From Prasinococcaceae sp. CCMP 1430 (Eukaryota > Plantae > Prasinodermophyta), in assembly GCA_013416795.1 (NCBI GenBank), contig RQSC01000907.1, positions 15,641 to 79,640 on the forward strand: DNA of 64,000 nucleotides, read 5' to 3'. This document shows, piece after piece, positions 34,057 to 45,267 of the stretch (its first letter is position 1; each line of letters begins with the position of its first letter). Both the position numbers and the translations under genes were made by a program. The notes under the pieces are model-generated. The model made no database searches and was not told the origin of the DNA. It saw only the letters and a program-made list of their open reading frames with translations.

Positions 34057-36056
34057 CGCGCCTGCTCGGCGAGGTGCTCGCGCCCGCGGCCGCGGGCGCC
34101 GAGCGGGGCGAGTGGGCCGTGCTCGTGATGGACCCGGCGGCCACGCGCGTCGCAAGCGCGATGGCCACCATGAGCGAGCTCATGGAACAGGGCGTGTCGC
34201 TCGTGGAAGACCTGCACAAGCGGCGCGAGCCGTTGCCCGCGCAGGACGCCGTCTACTTCCTCGCGCCCACCCCGAAGAGCATCGACGCGCTCGTCGCCGA
34301 CTTCGCCGCGCGCGACGCGCCCAACTACCGCGCGGCGCACGTCTTCTTCACCTCGTCGGTGCCCACCGCGCAGCTGCACAAGGTCAAGGCCTGCGCCGGG
34401 CTGCTCGCGCGCGTCAAGACGCTCAAAGAGGTCAACATGGACTTCATGCTCGAGGACGGGCGCACGATGCTGACCCCCTCGCCGCTCGCGCTCGAGTGCT
34501 GCTACGCCGAGGGCGCGCGCGGCAGCGCGAGCGCCGCGGGCGAGCGGCGCAGGTGGGCGCAGCAGCTCGCCACGGTGTTCGCCACGCTCGGCGAGCTTCC
34601 CGCCGTGCGGTACGCCTCCAAGGACGGGGCGCGCGCCGGCGACAAGGGCGACGATGGCTTCGACCTCGCCACCTTCGCGCGGGATGTGCACGGCGCGGTG
34701 GGCGCCGTCGCACGCCGCGCGGCGGGCATGCCCGCCGTGGAGACGTGCGAGCTGCTCGTGCTGGGACGTGCGTTCGACCCGGTCGCACCTGCCATCCACG
34801 AGTGGACCTACGAGGCAATGGCGTACGACCTGCTGCGCGTCCGCGCGGGCGGCGTGTACCGCTACGAGGTGGAGACCAACGCCGGAACCAGGGAGCCGAA
34901 GGACGCCATTCTGTCGGAGTCGGACTCGCTGTGGGTCAACCTGCGCCACATGCACCTCGCGGAAGCCTCCATCGAGCTCAACAAGCTCCTGGAGAGCTTC
35001 AACTCGAACAGCAAGGCGACCAAGCTCAGGGGGGGCGGCGCCGGTGGTTCGGGCGGCACCATCAGCATGCGCGACCTCAAAAAGACAGTGAGCGCCCTCC
35101 CGCAGTACCGCGACAAGCTCACCAAGCTCGCGCTTCACATTGACGTCGCCTCCAAGCTCAACACGGCCGTGCGCGAGCGCGCGCTCAAGGCCGCCGGTGA
35201 AGTCGAGCAGGACATCGTGTACGGCGACGCAACGTCCAAGGAGCTCATCGCGCTGCTCTCCATGCACGGCGAGCACCTCTCCAAGCAGGACAAGCTGCGC
35301 GTGCTCATGTGCTACGCCGCGACGCACCCCGAAAAGCTCGACAAGGCCAAGCGTCAGGGATGGATGAAGCTCGCGCGCCTCTCGGAGGAAGACATGGACA
35401 CCGTGGTCAACCTGGAGCACCTGGGCGTCGCAGTGAACAAGCGCTCGGGCCTCAAGGCGATGGTCAACATAGGGCGCAAGCGCCGCGCGAAGGCTGCGCT
35501 GCGAAAGGAGCGTGGCGCGGACGACGATGGCGAGGGCGAGTTCGGCCTGGCTCGCTTCACGCCGCTGCTGAGTGACATCATCGAGGACGCAGCGCGGGGC
35601 GAGCTTTCGGTCGACGAGTTTCCGTACGTGACGCAGCCGCGGATGGGGTCTCCGCTGCTGGGGGCGGGGGCAGGAAATGGCGCTGGCGGCAGCGCCGGCT
35701 TCGGCGCCTCCGGCGGAAGCGGAAGCGTGCATGCGCGTGGCTCCGTGCGCTCCGCGCGTTCCACTGCGAGCTGGGCCACGCGCGGTGCCACCGGCGGCTT
35801 AGCCACCGGAGCGAGCGCGGGGACGGCGCCGGCGTCCTCGCGCGCGCGGCGGGGAGGCGCCGACACGCCAGCGCGGCGCCTGTTCGTGTACATCGCCGGC
35901 GGCGCGTCCCGCTCGGAGATGCGCGTGGTGCACAAGCTTGCAGAGTCGACGGGCATGGACATCATGCTGGTGACCACTTCGATCGACACCCCCGAGACAT
36001 TTATTGCCAACGTCGCCGGCCTCAGCGGGGGCGATGGCCTCGGGGAGGACTTCTGA
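34057..36056 (+). CDS. SEC1: Sec1/Munc18 (SM) protein, KEULE/SEC1 type; true start probably lost at N34056
   Basis: RLLGEVL..WAVLVMD, GVSLVEDLHKRREPLP..DAVYFLAP, YRAAHVFFTS, KTLKEVNMDF, ELLVLGRAFDPVAPAIHEWTYEAMAYDLL, LWVNLRHMHLAEAS, ALPQYRDKLTKLALHI, LARFTP and RLFVYIAGGASRSEMR. Confidence 0.95.
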
Positions 36057-36202
36057 GGCGGCGCCGGCGCGCGAGGCGCCGCTCTGCTCGTAAATATGTT
36101 ACCGGACGGTGGTGGCATATAGTACTGGACGCGAGTGCCGGCGCGCGGACGAGGGTCGCTCGCCCCGCGCGCGCGGCCCGGGCGGGGCGCCCCGGGCTGT
36201 TT

Positions 36203-36682
36203 TTAGATCATGTGGTCGCCGCTGCCGAGGCCTTCGAGGCAGTACTCATCGCTCAGCATGTGCATGTCGCCCGATCCGCCCATCCCGCCGACGCCCGCGC
36301 GCCCGTCGGCCCGGGGCGCCGTCCTCGCCTCGCGGATGATCGCCTCGATCTCGTGGATGGGCTGCGCGCGAGGGTTCGGCGGCGGCGAGGTGAAGGCCAG
36401 GTCGGTGGGCAGATTCCTCCTGAACCACGGGTGCTGCTTGATCTGCTCGATGTTGTAGCGCCTCGCCGGGTCGGCCACGAAGATCCTGCTCAGCAGGTCC
36501 TGGCACTCGGCGCTCACCTTGAGCGCGGGCGGCACGGCGTAGTGCACGGCGAGGATGCGTCGGATGGTCTCCTTGAAGTTGCGCGGCTGCCGCGGGTCCT
36601 CGAAGGGATACGAGCCCACCAGCATCACGTACAGCGTCACGCCGCAGCTCCAGATGTCCGCCATGTTGCCGTCGTAGCGCCT
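36203..36682 (-). CDS. SnRK2: SnRK2 protein kinase, last exon only (subdomains IX-XI plus tail)
   Basis: YDGNMADIWSCGVTLYVMLVGSYPFEDPRQPRNFKETIRRIL..ECQDLLSRIFVADPARRYNIEQIKQHPWFRRNLP is typical of SnRK2. It is preceded by GCTGAC..CCAG acceptor. No N-lobe exons are found in the window. Confidence 0.9.
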   Translation of the reverse strand, partial: RRYDGNMADIWSCGVTLYVMLVGSYPFEDPRQPRNFKETIRRILAVHYAVPPALKVSAECQDLLSRIFVADPARRYNIEQIKQHPWFRRNLPTDLAFTSPPPNPRAQPIHEIEAIIREARTAPRADGRAGVGGMGGSGDMHMLSDEYCLEGLGSGDHMI

Positions 36683-36734
36683 GGACGCGCGCGTCGAGGT
36701 CAGCGCGGGGGCAGCAGCGCGCACCGCTCGCGGG

Positions 36735-37556
36735 CCGCGGGCGCCGCGGCGGCGCTCGGCCTCTCGGCGGGCGCGCAGCCCGCGAGCGCGGCGTACGGCC
36801 AGTCCGCCAACGTCTTCAAGAAGAGCCGCGAGAACCTCGAGGGCGACTACGCGCTCTACACGGCCGACGACTACAGCATTCTGATCCCGCAGAGGGGCTT
36901 CAACCCCTCGCCCAACGAGTACCTGGCCGAGTGGCCGGGCGTCGACGTGCGCTGGGAGGACTACGGCACGACCGACTTCGCCAACGTGACCGTGACCGTC
37001 CTGAATGGCGAGAAGCTGCCCAAGCCCAGCGACCTGCAGTTCATGCTGGGCGAGTCGACCTGGGATGGGTACGGCGAGTTCTCCACGGTGAACTTCACCG
37101 ACCCGACGAGCGCCGACCTCTTCGCAGTCAACGTGCTGGACTCGGAGGAGAAGACCATCGACGGCAAGAAGTACGCCGTCTACGAGCTGCTCACGCGCAC
37201 CGTGGACGGCTCGCAGGGCGGGCGCCACCACTTCATCTCCGCGAGCACCCAGGGCGGAAAGACCTACATTGCGGTGCGTGGCGCAGTGTCACCGTTGCCG
37301 CTCTCTATGAGCCACTCGCAACGCCCCAGTCCACCGCGTGCCAAGCGCGCAACGTTCTGCCTGGATGCTGACGCCCAGATACCCAATGTCTCCCTCCCCC
37401 TTTCCTCTCTCTCCCTCTCTCCCCCTCTCTCTCACAAACACACACGCGCGCGCGCGCACACACACATCACTCCAGAAATTCACCGCCGGCGACAAGCACT
37501 GGGGCCACAACCAGGACATCGCCAGGGCGGTGCGTGACTCCTTCCGCGTGGGCTAA
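36735..37556 (+). CDS. PSBP: PsbP (OEE2, 23-kDa oxygen-evolving enhancer), 5'-truncated; intron 37274-37475
   Basis: Lumenal signal end AAAALGLSAGAQPASA|AYGQSANVF, then RWED, VNVLDSEEKTIDGKKYAVYELLTRTVDGSQGGRHHFISA and |KFTAGDKHW..VRDSFRV*. No ATG or chloroplast transit peptide upstream. Confidence 0.85.
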
Positions 37557-37831
37557 ATGCACGCGAGGGCGAGGGCGGACGGCTTCATCGGAGAACGAAA
37601 AACACAACAAGCCACCAACCGCAAGGCGCGCGAATTTCGTTTCAGCCCTGCGCAAGCTGGGCTCCAACCCGCCTGAGTGAGAGAGCCGAGCGGAGGACAA
37701 CCACGCATGCATACATGCTTCGCGCGCGTATGTAAGGGCACACGTGTTTGCTGGATACCTCCCCACCAGGGCGTGGGCGCGGACAGTGCGCGGGCAGCCG
37801 TGCGAACGGCGCGCGGGCGACCGGGTGTCGT

Positions 37832-40736
37832 TCAGCGGTCTCTATTATATTGTCGATGTGCCCGTGCTGCGTCTGCGCCGAAGGCATCAAGTGCCTCGAA
37901 GGGACTGGCGCGGTCGACGAACGCGCCTGCCAGCAGTGGGCCGAACTCGGAGGCGAGCGCAGCCCTCAGATCGGCGCGTGCAGCGGCCGCCGCGGCATCA
38001 TCTGGCAAGGCGGCTGCGCTCAGCACCATGGGCTCGCGCTGCGCTTCCCCCGCATGCATTAGCACCCCGTCCGCCAGCGAGATGGCAGCCGACGCGCTCC
38101 ACACCGCCGCCGCGGCTGGGCCGTCCGCTGCCAGCGCCTTCGCGTACGATGCCACCTCCGCCCACGGGAGAAACCCCCAGAAAGCGGCGTCCAGCCACGC
38201 GCACGCCAGGGCACTCACCGGCGCGAGCGCGCCCTCCAGGACGCCGTGCTGCGCAGGCGAGGTCCTCCGCACCATCTCCTCGGCACACCCCGCCGCGATG
38301 AGCGCGAGGCGGCGGCGCTCGCTCAGCCGCACCCGCGTGGCGTCTCCGCAGCCGCCGTGATCGCCTCGCTCGCTCTCCTCCAGGTACTCCCACAGCGGGC
38401 GGGCGAGCAGGTTGTTGCTCGAGTCGCCAGTGCCGCAGCCGATGTCCGCGAGCGAAGCGCTCACGTGCGCCGGCATGGGGGCGAACACCACGTGACGCGC
38501 GACGCCGGTCGCTGCGGGAGCGATGCCGACGGCGGCCGCCAGGGCACTCGCCGCGCCACTCGAGGCGTCCGTCGGGCCAGCAAGCACTGCCGCCAGGGCG
38601 TCCCGGACACCCGCGCCTTCGAACGCATCGTGCGGGCTGCGGCTCGTGCGGCGCGCGTTGACGAGAGCGAGCAGCGCCCCTGCCATCAGAAAGGGGCCGC
38701 GTTCCGACGCGAAGCGGCCCGAGTGCGCCATGCGAGCGAATGCCTCCAGGATGTGCTCTGGGGTCACGGCGGGCGCGCTGGTGCCGCCGTCACGGAGCGC
38801 ACCTCCGTCGCCCCGACCAGGAGGGAGCGCCGACAGCAAGCGCAGCAGCATCGCAGCCCGCGCATCGGCGACGCTCCACGCTCTTCCCCCGGCGTTGAAT
38901 GCGTCCCTCTCCTGGTCTGCCTGCCACATTTCGATGCTGTGCCCGCCCGGCCCCGGAGGGGCGCACTGCTTCAGGCGACGCGCGAGCCGCTCCGCATCGC
39001 CGCCGGAGTCTGCGGTCTCGAGCAGCGGGGCCAGCAGCAGTGGCCATGCTATCACGCCGTCGGCGCAATCGGGCAGCGCGGCCAGCCTTCCGGCCGCTTC
39101 CACGAGCTGTCGCACCTCCGTCCAGCATCCTGGCAGCGCAAAGGCTGCTAGCTTTCCGTCGCCCGCGCAGTGGCAGCGCTCCAGCGCCGCGCGCAACAGC
39201 TCGCGCGAGTACGCTATGCCCTGCCCAGGGTCTTCGACGCAGCACGCGCGCACCCGTAGCGCGCCCGTCGGCGACGCACACAGCGATAGCACTACGTCCA
39301 GCAGCGCCTCGCGCGTGAGCAGCGCATCAGGAGCGGCCGAGGAGGCGCAATCGCCAACGAGCGCGAGCATGCCAGCAAGGGCGGGGCCGCGACCGAATCC
39401 CCGCGCGACGTGGGGCGCGTGGAGGCGATACCGCAGGAGCCTGAGGAGTGCCCTGGCGCGCTGGCCGCTCGCGCCCGTGCCCGGCACGGCGCCCGCGGCG
39501 AGCTCGATCGCAGCCTCCGCCACGCGCCTGGCCGCCGACGCTGGATCCCGGATCGCGCACGCCTCGCGATGCGGGGGCGCATCTGCCTCGGCCGCGAATG
39601 CCGCGTCCAGGACGGCGCGGCCGCCCTCACCACCCTCTTCCAGCAGCGACGAAACGGCGACCTCGTCCAGCGATATTTCGCTGGCGCCCTGCTCCGCGGC
39701 AGCGCGCACCGTCTGCAGCAGCTGCTGCGTCGCTTGCCGCCGCTCTTCGCGGCCGAAGCCTTCGCCGCAGCACAGGCGCACCATGCGCTTGAGCGCCGAA
39801 GGTGCGGCCTCGGCGCCCGCCGCCGCCGCGAGTGCGGCCCGCCCGCCGCGGGAGCGAAGCATCGCGCCAGCGACTCCAACGCCGAAGGGCACGTCCGTCC
39901 GAGCAGCCGCAGCGTCCACTTCAGTGCCGCGCGCCGGTGCAACCTGCGCACCCAGCGCGTCCAGCGCGGCCGCGGCCGCCCCGCTGCGCTCGAGCGCTCG
40001 CAGCGCGGCCGCCGCGAGCTCGCCGTGTCGCAGCCAGCGCGCCACCCCACAGCATGGTCGCGTCCGCGGCCACGAGTCGCCACCGGTGCGAAACGCCCGC
40101 TGCGAGAAGCGCCGCCACCGCGTCCACGAAGGTGCGAAGGGTTTCCTCCGGCACATACAACGCCTGCCGTGGCAGCTCGGCGCACACCGCGAGGAGTAGT
40201 GCGCACCGCCGCTCCAGGAGCGCTCCCGCAGCCGCTCCGGCACGCGCTCCCGCCCCGCTCGCTCTTCCATTCGTCGCTGCCGAGCACGACGCACCGAGCC
40301 CTCCCACGAGCTCCATGCCGATTTCCACGAGCTGCGTTGGCGCACCGCCGAGGGCCTCCTCGAGCAGCGCCTCGAGCAGCGGCAGCGGCGCCGCGGCGGT
40401 GGACACATCTGGCGAGCGCAGCGCCTCGCCGAGCGCTGCGGCGACTGCCGGCCACGCCTCGCCGCACAGGAGGTCCTCGGCGTCGTACCCCGCCAATGAA
40501 CCAGTCGCGTTCGCCACAGCCGCACCGTCGGCCGCGCGCGCGGCGTCCGCCAGCGCGGCAGCGGCCGCGCGCACGTCGGCTGCGCTGCCGAACGCGCCGC
40601 CGGCCCCCAGGTCGCCGCCGTCGCCGAAGGCATCGTCCCCGAACGCGCCGCCCCCGCCGCCGTACGCGCGTGCGAGCTCGTCGTCGCTGTCACTGCTCAG
40701 CACCTCGCCATCGTCGAACGCGAGCACCTGCGCCAT
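37832..40736 (-). CDS. TBC1D32: BROMI/TBC1D32 (broad-minded)-like ciliary protein, with a 1-nt frameshift near 40045-40048
   Basis: N-terminal YDAEDLLCGEAWPAVAAALGEALRSPD and ELPRQALYVPEETLRTFVDAVAALL..LVAADATMLW, and C-terminal SALACAWLDAAFWGFLPWAEVASYAKALAADGPAAAAVW, resemble by recall the BROMI segments DLL.CE.W..L...L..SLSDPD, EVPSFWIRHPEK..EEIVESTLSLL and QW..QCFWNYLDW.EIC.YI..C...GPDY.VY. The protein is split between ORFs 39921..40964 and 37832..40693. Confidence 0.65.
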
Positions 40737-41069
40737 CCCAGCGCCTTCAGCCGCGCTCGCGCCTCCGCCGCCGGCCCCTTCGGCCTCGCTGCGTCCCTTC
40801 CCCCTCGCCCCCTGGCGTCCGCGCGCGCGCGCGCGCGCTCGGGGAACGGCGCGCGCGCAATCGGCGTCGCAGTCACGCGTTTTGATGGTGCTGGACGTTC
40901 CGCGCGTGCACCCTGTCGCGACGAGTCGTAACGGATTTTGATCAAAAATCCACGTAAGCGACAAGATTTGGGCTCGGAGTAGTCTCCCGTGGCCTCGATG
41001 ACAGACGGATGCGTATCATTTCAAGAGGGCGCCACTTTGTGAACGCGCGTTCGTCCTCAAATGAAATTC

Positions 41070-41138
41070 CCGGAGGAACAATGTGTTCCTCGCCGGAGGA
41101 ACAATGTGTTCCTCGCCGGAGGAACAGTGTGTTCCTCC
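41070..41138. repeat. 23-bp tandem repeat x3, each unit an internal palindrome GAGGAACA-N3-TGTTCCTC
   Basis: Units at 41070, 41093 and 41116: CCGGAGGAACAATGTGTTCCTCG (third unit has CAG for CAA). Confidence 0.92.
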
Positions 41139-41154
41139 TGGAGTGGTGCCCCTC

Positions 41155-41268
41155 CCTGGAGCTCCTCCGCAAGCTCCCCGTCGACATCCTCCTCGAGCTC
41201 CGCCGTCGAGCTCCTCCTCGAGCTCCGCCGTCGAGCTCCTCCACGAGCTTCCCCTGGAGCTCCTCCTG
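41155..41268. repeat. degenerate GAGCTC-rich minisatellite (about 12/24-bp period)
   Basis: cctcctcgagctccgccgtcgagct repeated, flanked by ctggagctcctcc copies. Confidence 0.7.
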
Positions 41269-42406
41269 CTGCGGCGTGCGCGTGGGCGCGCACGCGCGCG
41301 CACGCGCGCGCACGCGCGCGCGCGCATCAACCACATACAAATATATAGTACAAAGGTTCATAACCCCAAACTCGCGCCGCGCGCGCACGCCGAGCATCTC
41401 TCTATAAATCGAATGGCGGATGTGCGACCTGGTGTACAGTACGTAACAGCGCAACGAAACGAGCCGCTCCGACTTCCCAAGTCGGATCAAAGTCCCGCTC
41501 AATCGGTCGGCGACGTGGGATGGCGACGTGGGATGGGAACTCGCTCGTCGTGGGTCGTTCGGTCGGTCTGTCGGCACCAGCCAGACCGAGTGTCAAACCA
41601 GGCAACGAGCCAGGCGGTTGCCAGCCAGCGCATGCGAGCCAGGCTCTGCCATGCGGCAGCCCGGCCGAATGAGGCGGACAACGGACGGGGGGAGACGAGG
41701 CGACCAGCGAGCCAGCCAGCGCAAGCCATGCCGGGGCGAGCCAACGTGCCCAGGTCAGGACATGCCTGTCTGTACGGGTTCGCCGAACACCCCACACCAA
41801 CCCACCTCTCTCGTCGGTCGGGCGACTTGGCTTTTTCCCACGCGAGCATCGCTTGCGCTGGCAAGCCCCAACGTTTTTCGATGATTTGGCGGCTTCGACG
41901 AGCTTTTTCCGACGAGAAGAAGTGCACACGCCATACAGACGGTGTAGTACCTAGCTATCTATCATCGAATTCGATCGACGATCGATCGACGATGAGGGCG
42001 GAACCAAACCAAAACGGGCGGATTGAATTCCGGCTGGAATCAAATGAGGCCCTCCAACAGTTTGCCCCCCTTCTCTCTCTCTCTCTTTGACTTTGATGGA
42101 GCCTCTCGCGGCTGCGGTTGCGCTCGAGAAGCCTCTCTTCGGCTGCCGCTGCCGCTGCCGCTGCCCGCTGCCGCTGCCGGCCGGCCGGCCGCCTGGCCAC
42201 GCCAGCGCCACGCGGGGCGAGCCACACCACGCGCGCGGGGCGCGGGGGGGGTGCGGGGTGCGGGGTGCGGGGTGCGGGTGGTGGTGCTGCGAGGCTCGTG
42301 AAGCGAAGGTGCGCAGCGGGCGCTTGTCCGCCGTACGGCCTGCGCGGCTTCGCCTGCTACCGCCAGCTGACGTGAGAGCGCCTGGCGCTGGCTCGCATCC
42401 AAGTTG

Positions 42407-42757
42407 ATGGAGCTTGCCGCGGGAGCTGACAGTGAAGACGAGGCCGACGAGGTTGGCGGAGCCGGCGGCGGGGTCGATGCGGGGCCGAGCGAGGTCAACA
42501 CCGCGTACGAGCTCAGCGGGGCATGCGTGACCGTGACGACGACGACGCTCGAGCCGAGCGGCACCGAGGCGGAGGTGCGCGCCGCCGAGCAGCTCGCACG
42601 CAAGCGGGCGCGGGAGGCGGCGCTGAAGGTGAACAAGGACAAGGCGGAGGAGGCACTTCGCCTCAAGAAGAAAAAGCAGAAGAAGACTCGCAGCAAAATT
42701 CTGCTCGAGCGGAAGAAGGGCCGCGGCGCGAAGAAGAAGAAGCACCAAAAGAAGTAG
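42407..42757 (+). CDS. small acidic/Lys-rich protein, possibly the C-terminal part of NOL12/Rrp17
   Basis: Acidic DSEDEADE, then TAYELSGACVTVTTTTL (resembles the Y..G...VTVTT..I segment of plant Rrp17 by recall), then a KKKKQKK...KKKKHQKK tail. The Rrp17 N-terminal FHKRK motif is not seen. Confidence 0.4.
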   Translation: MELAAGADSEDEADEVGGAGGGVDAGPSEVNTAYELSGACVTVTTTTLEPSGTEAEVRAAEQLARKRAREAALKVNKDKAEEALRLKKKKQKKTRSKILLERKKGRGAKKKKHQKK

Positions 42758-42966
42758 TGGATGACTTTCCCCCGTGGCGGCCCGGCCCTCGCGGCCGTCC
42801 TTGCCGGCGCCATCTAGAGCCACGAAGGGCTGGCTTCACTTCCATTGGGTGAGCGCGTCTCGGCTCGTGCTTGCCACTGCTCGAAGATGTAATCTACAGG
42901 TGCATTACAGATGGACCTCGGAGCAGCTCCGCGGCCTCGGAGGCCGCGGCAGCATTCGCGCCTCGG

Positions 42967-45175
42967 ATGGCCCAGGTGCGCGCGCCCCGCGCGCGCAGCA
43001 CTGGTGCTCCGCCCAACCGGCCTTCACCCTCGGCGCCGCCTCTTAAAAATGATCACTGGGAAGGCCACGACGAGCACCACGAAGCACAGCGACTCAAAGA
43101 CGACCACCTCGACCCAGCTCGCGCGCCTGCTGAAGGGCGAGCAGGCCTGGTGCGTCTCGACGCTTTCGGGCAGCCGCTCCAGCCACGGCGCGTCGTCATT
43201 CGTCGCGCTGCCTCCGCCGCGAACACGGCAGTGCATCGCCTGGCGGTGGCCAGTCGCGCGGCACGTCTTCTGCGCNCGGAGGCGGCGCCGGGGGCGGAGG
43301 GGAAGCCGGCGGCAGCGCAGGCGCGAGCGGTGACGGTGCCGGCGCGACTGGCGGCGGGGCGGCGGGTGGCAGCGGCAAGGACGGCGGCGACGGGCAGGGA
43401 GGGGGCCTGCTGCCGGCCGCCATCTTGCAGAACGTCTCGGCGGCCGTAGACAGGATGCTCGCCGCCGCTGGCGTCAAGCGCATCAGCGCGTCGAGCGAGC
43501 GCGGCGCGCGTGGCGACCGGGCGCCCACTCGTCAGCATCTCGACAGCGTTGTGGAGTTCTATCGCTACACGGAGCGCATGGGGCGCGCGCTCTTCGACGA
43601 GCTGGACGCCGACGGAGACGGCCGCGTCACGCGGCGCGACCTCAAGCGCGTCATGCGTGACAGATCGCTGCCCGAGGCGTACGCAGAGCCCTTCATGATC
43701 AGATGCCGCAAGCACGCCCTCGCGAGGTCCTTTGGATGGGACGAATTCAAGGTGAGTGCGACGCGACGCGGCCAGATGACTCGAACGCGGCGCGACCCGG
43801 CGCTGTCACGCGTGGGCGCCGCGCCTTCGCACGCTGACGCCTGCGCGCGTCCCCGTCGCGCGTGCAACAGCTCTTCCTGGATGAAAAGGAGCCGAGCGTG
43901 ATACGCGCATACTCCGAGCTGCAGCTCGACCGCAGTGGCTCCTTCGGTGTGCCGCAGGTCAAGACGATGCTCGAAAAGCTGAACGTGCCGGCAGACGACG
44001 CCACGGCCAACGCCATGTTGCGCTCGATGCGCGGCGGAAAGCGCAAGCTGCCACAGCCACCGGGTGCCATTGGCGGCGCGGCCACGGGCGCACAGAGCGG
44101 GGCCGCCTCCGGCGCGGCAAGCGCGACCGGCAGTGGCGCCTCCGGCGCGCGCAAGGGCGTGGGCTTCATGCGCGGGCACCTGCCCTCGTCCGAGAGCGCC
44201 ACTCTGAACTACGGGGAGTTCCGCAACTTTCTGTGTTTGCTCCCGCCCGAGCGGCTGCACGTGGACCCGAACCGTGCGTGGTTCGAGGCGAGCACGATAG
44301 TGTCGGTGGGCAAGCCGCCGGTGGCGGAGGGGATGGCGCTCAAGAGCGCCATCGCAGGCGCGAGCGCTGCGGGACTCTCAACGCTCTGTCTTCACCCCAT
44401 CGACACGCTCAAGTGCCTCGTGCAGGTCTCGCCGAAGGGCGAGTCCATGGTGGCCATCGCCAAGCGCATCCTCAGCCGAGGAGCGCCCACAGGCAGCTGG
44501 AAGCAACTGTACCGGGGCATGTGGCCCGCATTCTTCGGTTCGAGCGCCATGCACGGCCTGCGCACCGGCGGCTACGAGGTGGCTCGCTTCACGCTCGAGC
44601 GCGCGTTCCCTGGGCTCGGCTCCGCAGCAATTGCGACGGCGGCAGCGGGCATGGGCACGCTCACCGGCACCACCGTGCGCATCCCGTGCGAGGTGGTCAA
44701 GCAGCGGCTGCAGTCTGGAACCAACGCCAACGTGAAGGAGGCGGTCAAAAGCGCGACTGCGGTCTACGGAGTGCGCGGGCTGTGGTCGGGCACGACGTTC
44801 ACCCTCCTGCGCGAGGTGCCACTGTACATGTTCGGGAGCGTCTTCTACGAGCAGGGCAAGAAGTTGTACACCACGGCCGCGGGGCGGGAGAGCCTCGCCA
44901 ACTGGGAGCTCATAGCAATCGGCGCGCTGTCGGGATCGGTTGGCGCGGCACTCACCACGCCCGCTGACCTCATCAAGACGCGCATCATGACGAACACCAC
45001 GGGCGTTCCCATCCGGGTGCTCGCGCTCGTGCGCGAGATCGTGCGCACCAACGGTCCCCTGGGCCTCTTCAAGGGCGCGCTGCCGCGCGCGCTGTGGATC
45101 GCGCCGGTCGGGGCGGTCAACTTCGGCGCGTACGAGATCGCACGGTCAGCGCTCATCGACAAGGACAACAACTGA
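42967..45175 (+). CDS. EF-hand Ca2+-binding mitochondrial carrier (SAM-carrier-like subfamily); 5' exons uncertain; intron 43752-43870
   Basis: EF-hand LFDELDADGDGRVTRRDL; LNYGEFRNFLCLLPPERL; three carrier signatures HPIDTLK, IPCEVVKQRLQ and TPADLIKTRIM; GLFKGALPR..IAPVGAVNFGAYE. Confidence 0.9.
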
Positions 45176-45267
45176 CACCATCTACTGTAATACGACGCGA
45201 GTGTATACTACTGAACTGCGGGTTGCGTTTGTTTAGAGATGGGGCGCGCCGCGGGGCGAGCGTCCTC

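Noticed and set aside
36203-37537. SnRK2-PsbP fusion proteins implied by ORFs 36203..37231 (-) and 36212..37537 (+)
   Set aside because: The two genes are on opposite strands. The ORF extensions are just antisense read-through across the junction.
41070-41138. CRISPR repeats (palindromic 23-mers)
   Set aside because: The repeats are directly adjacent with no spacers.
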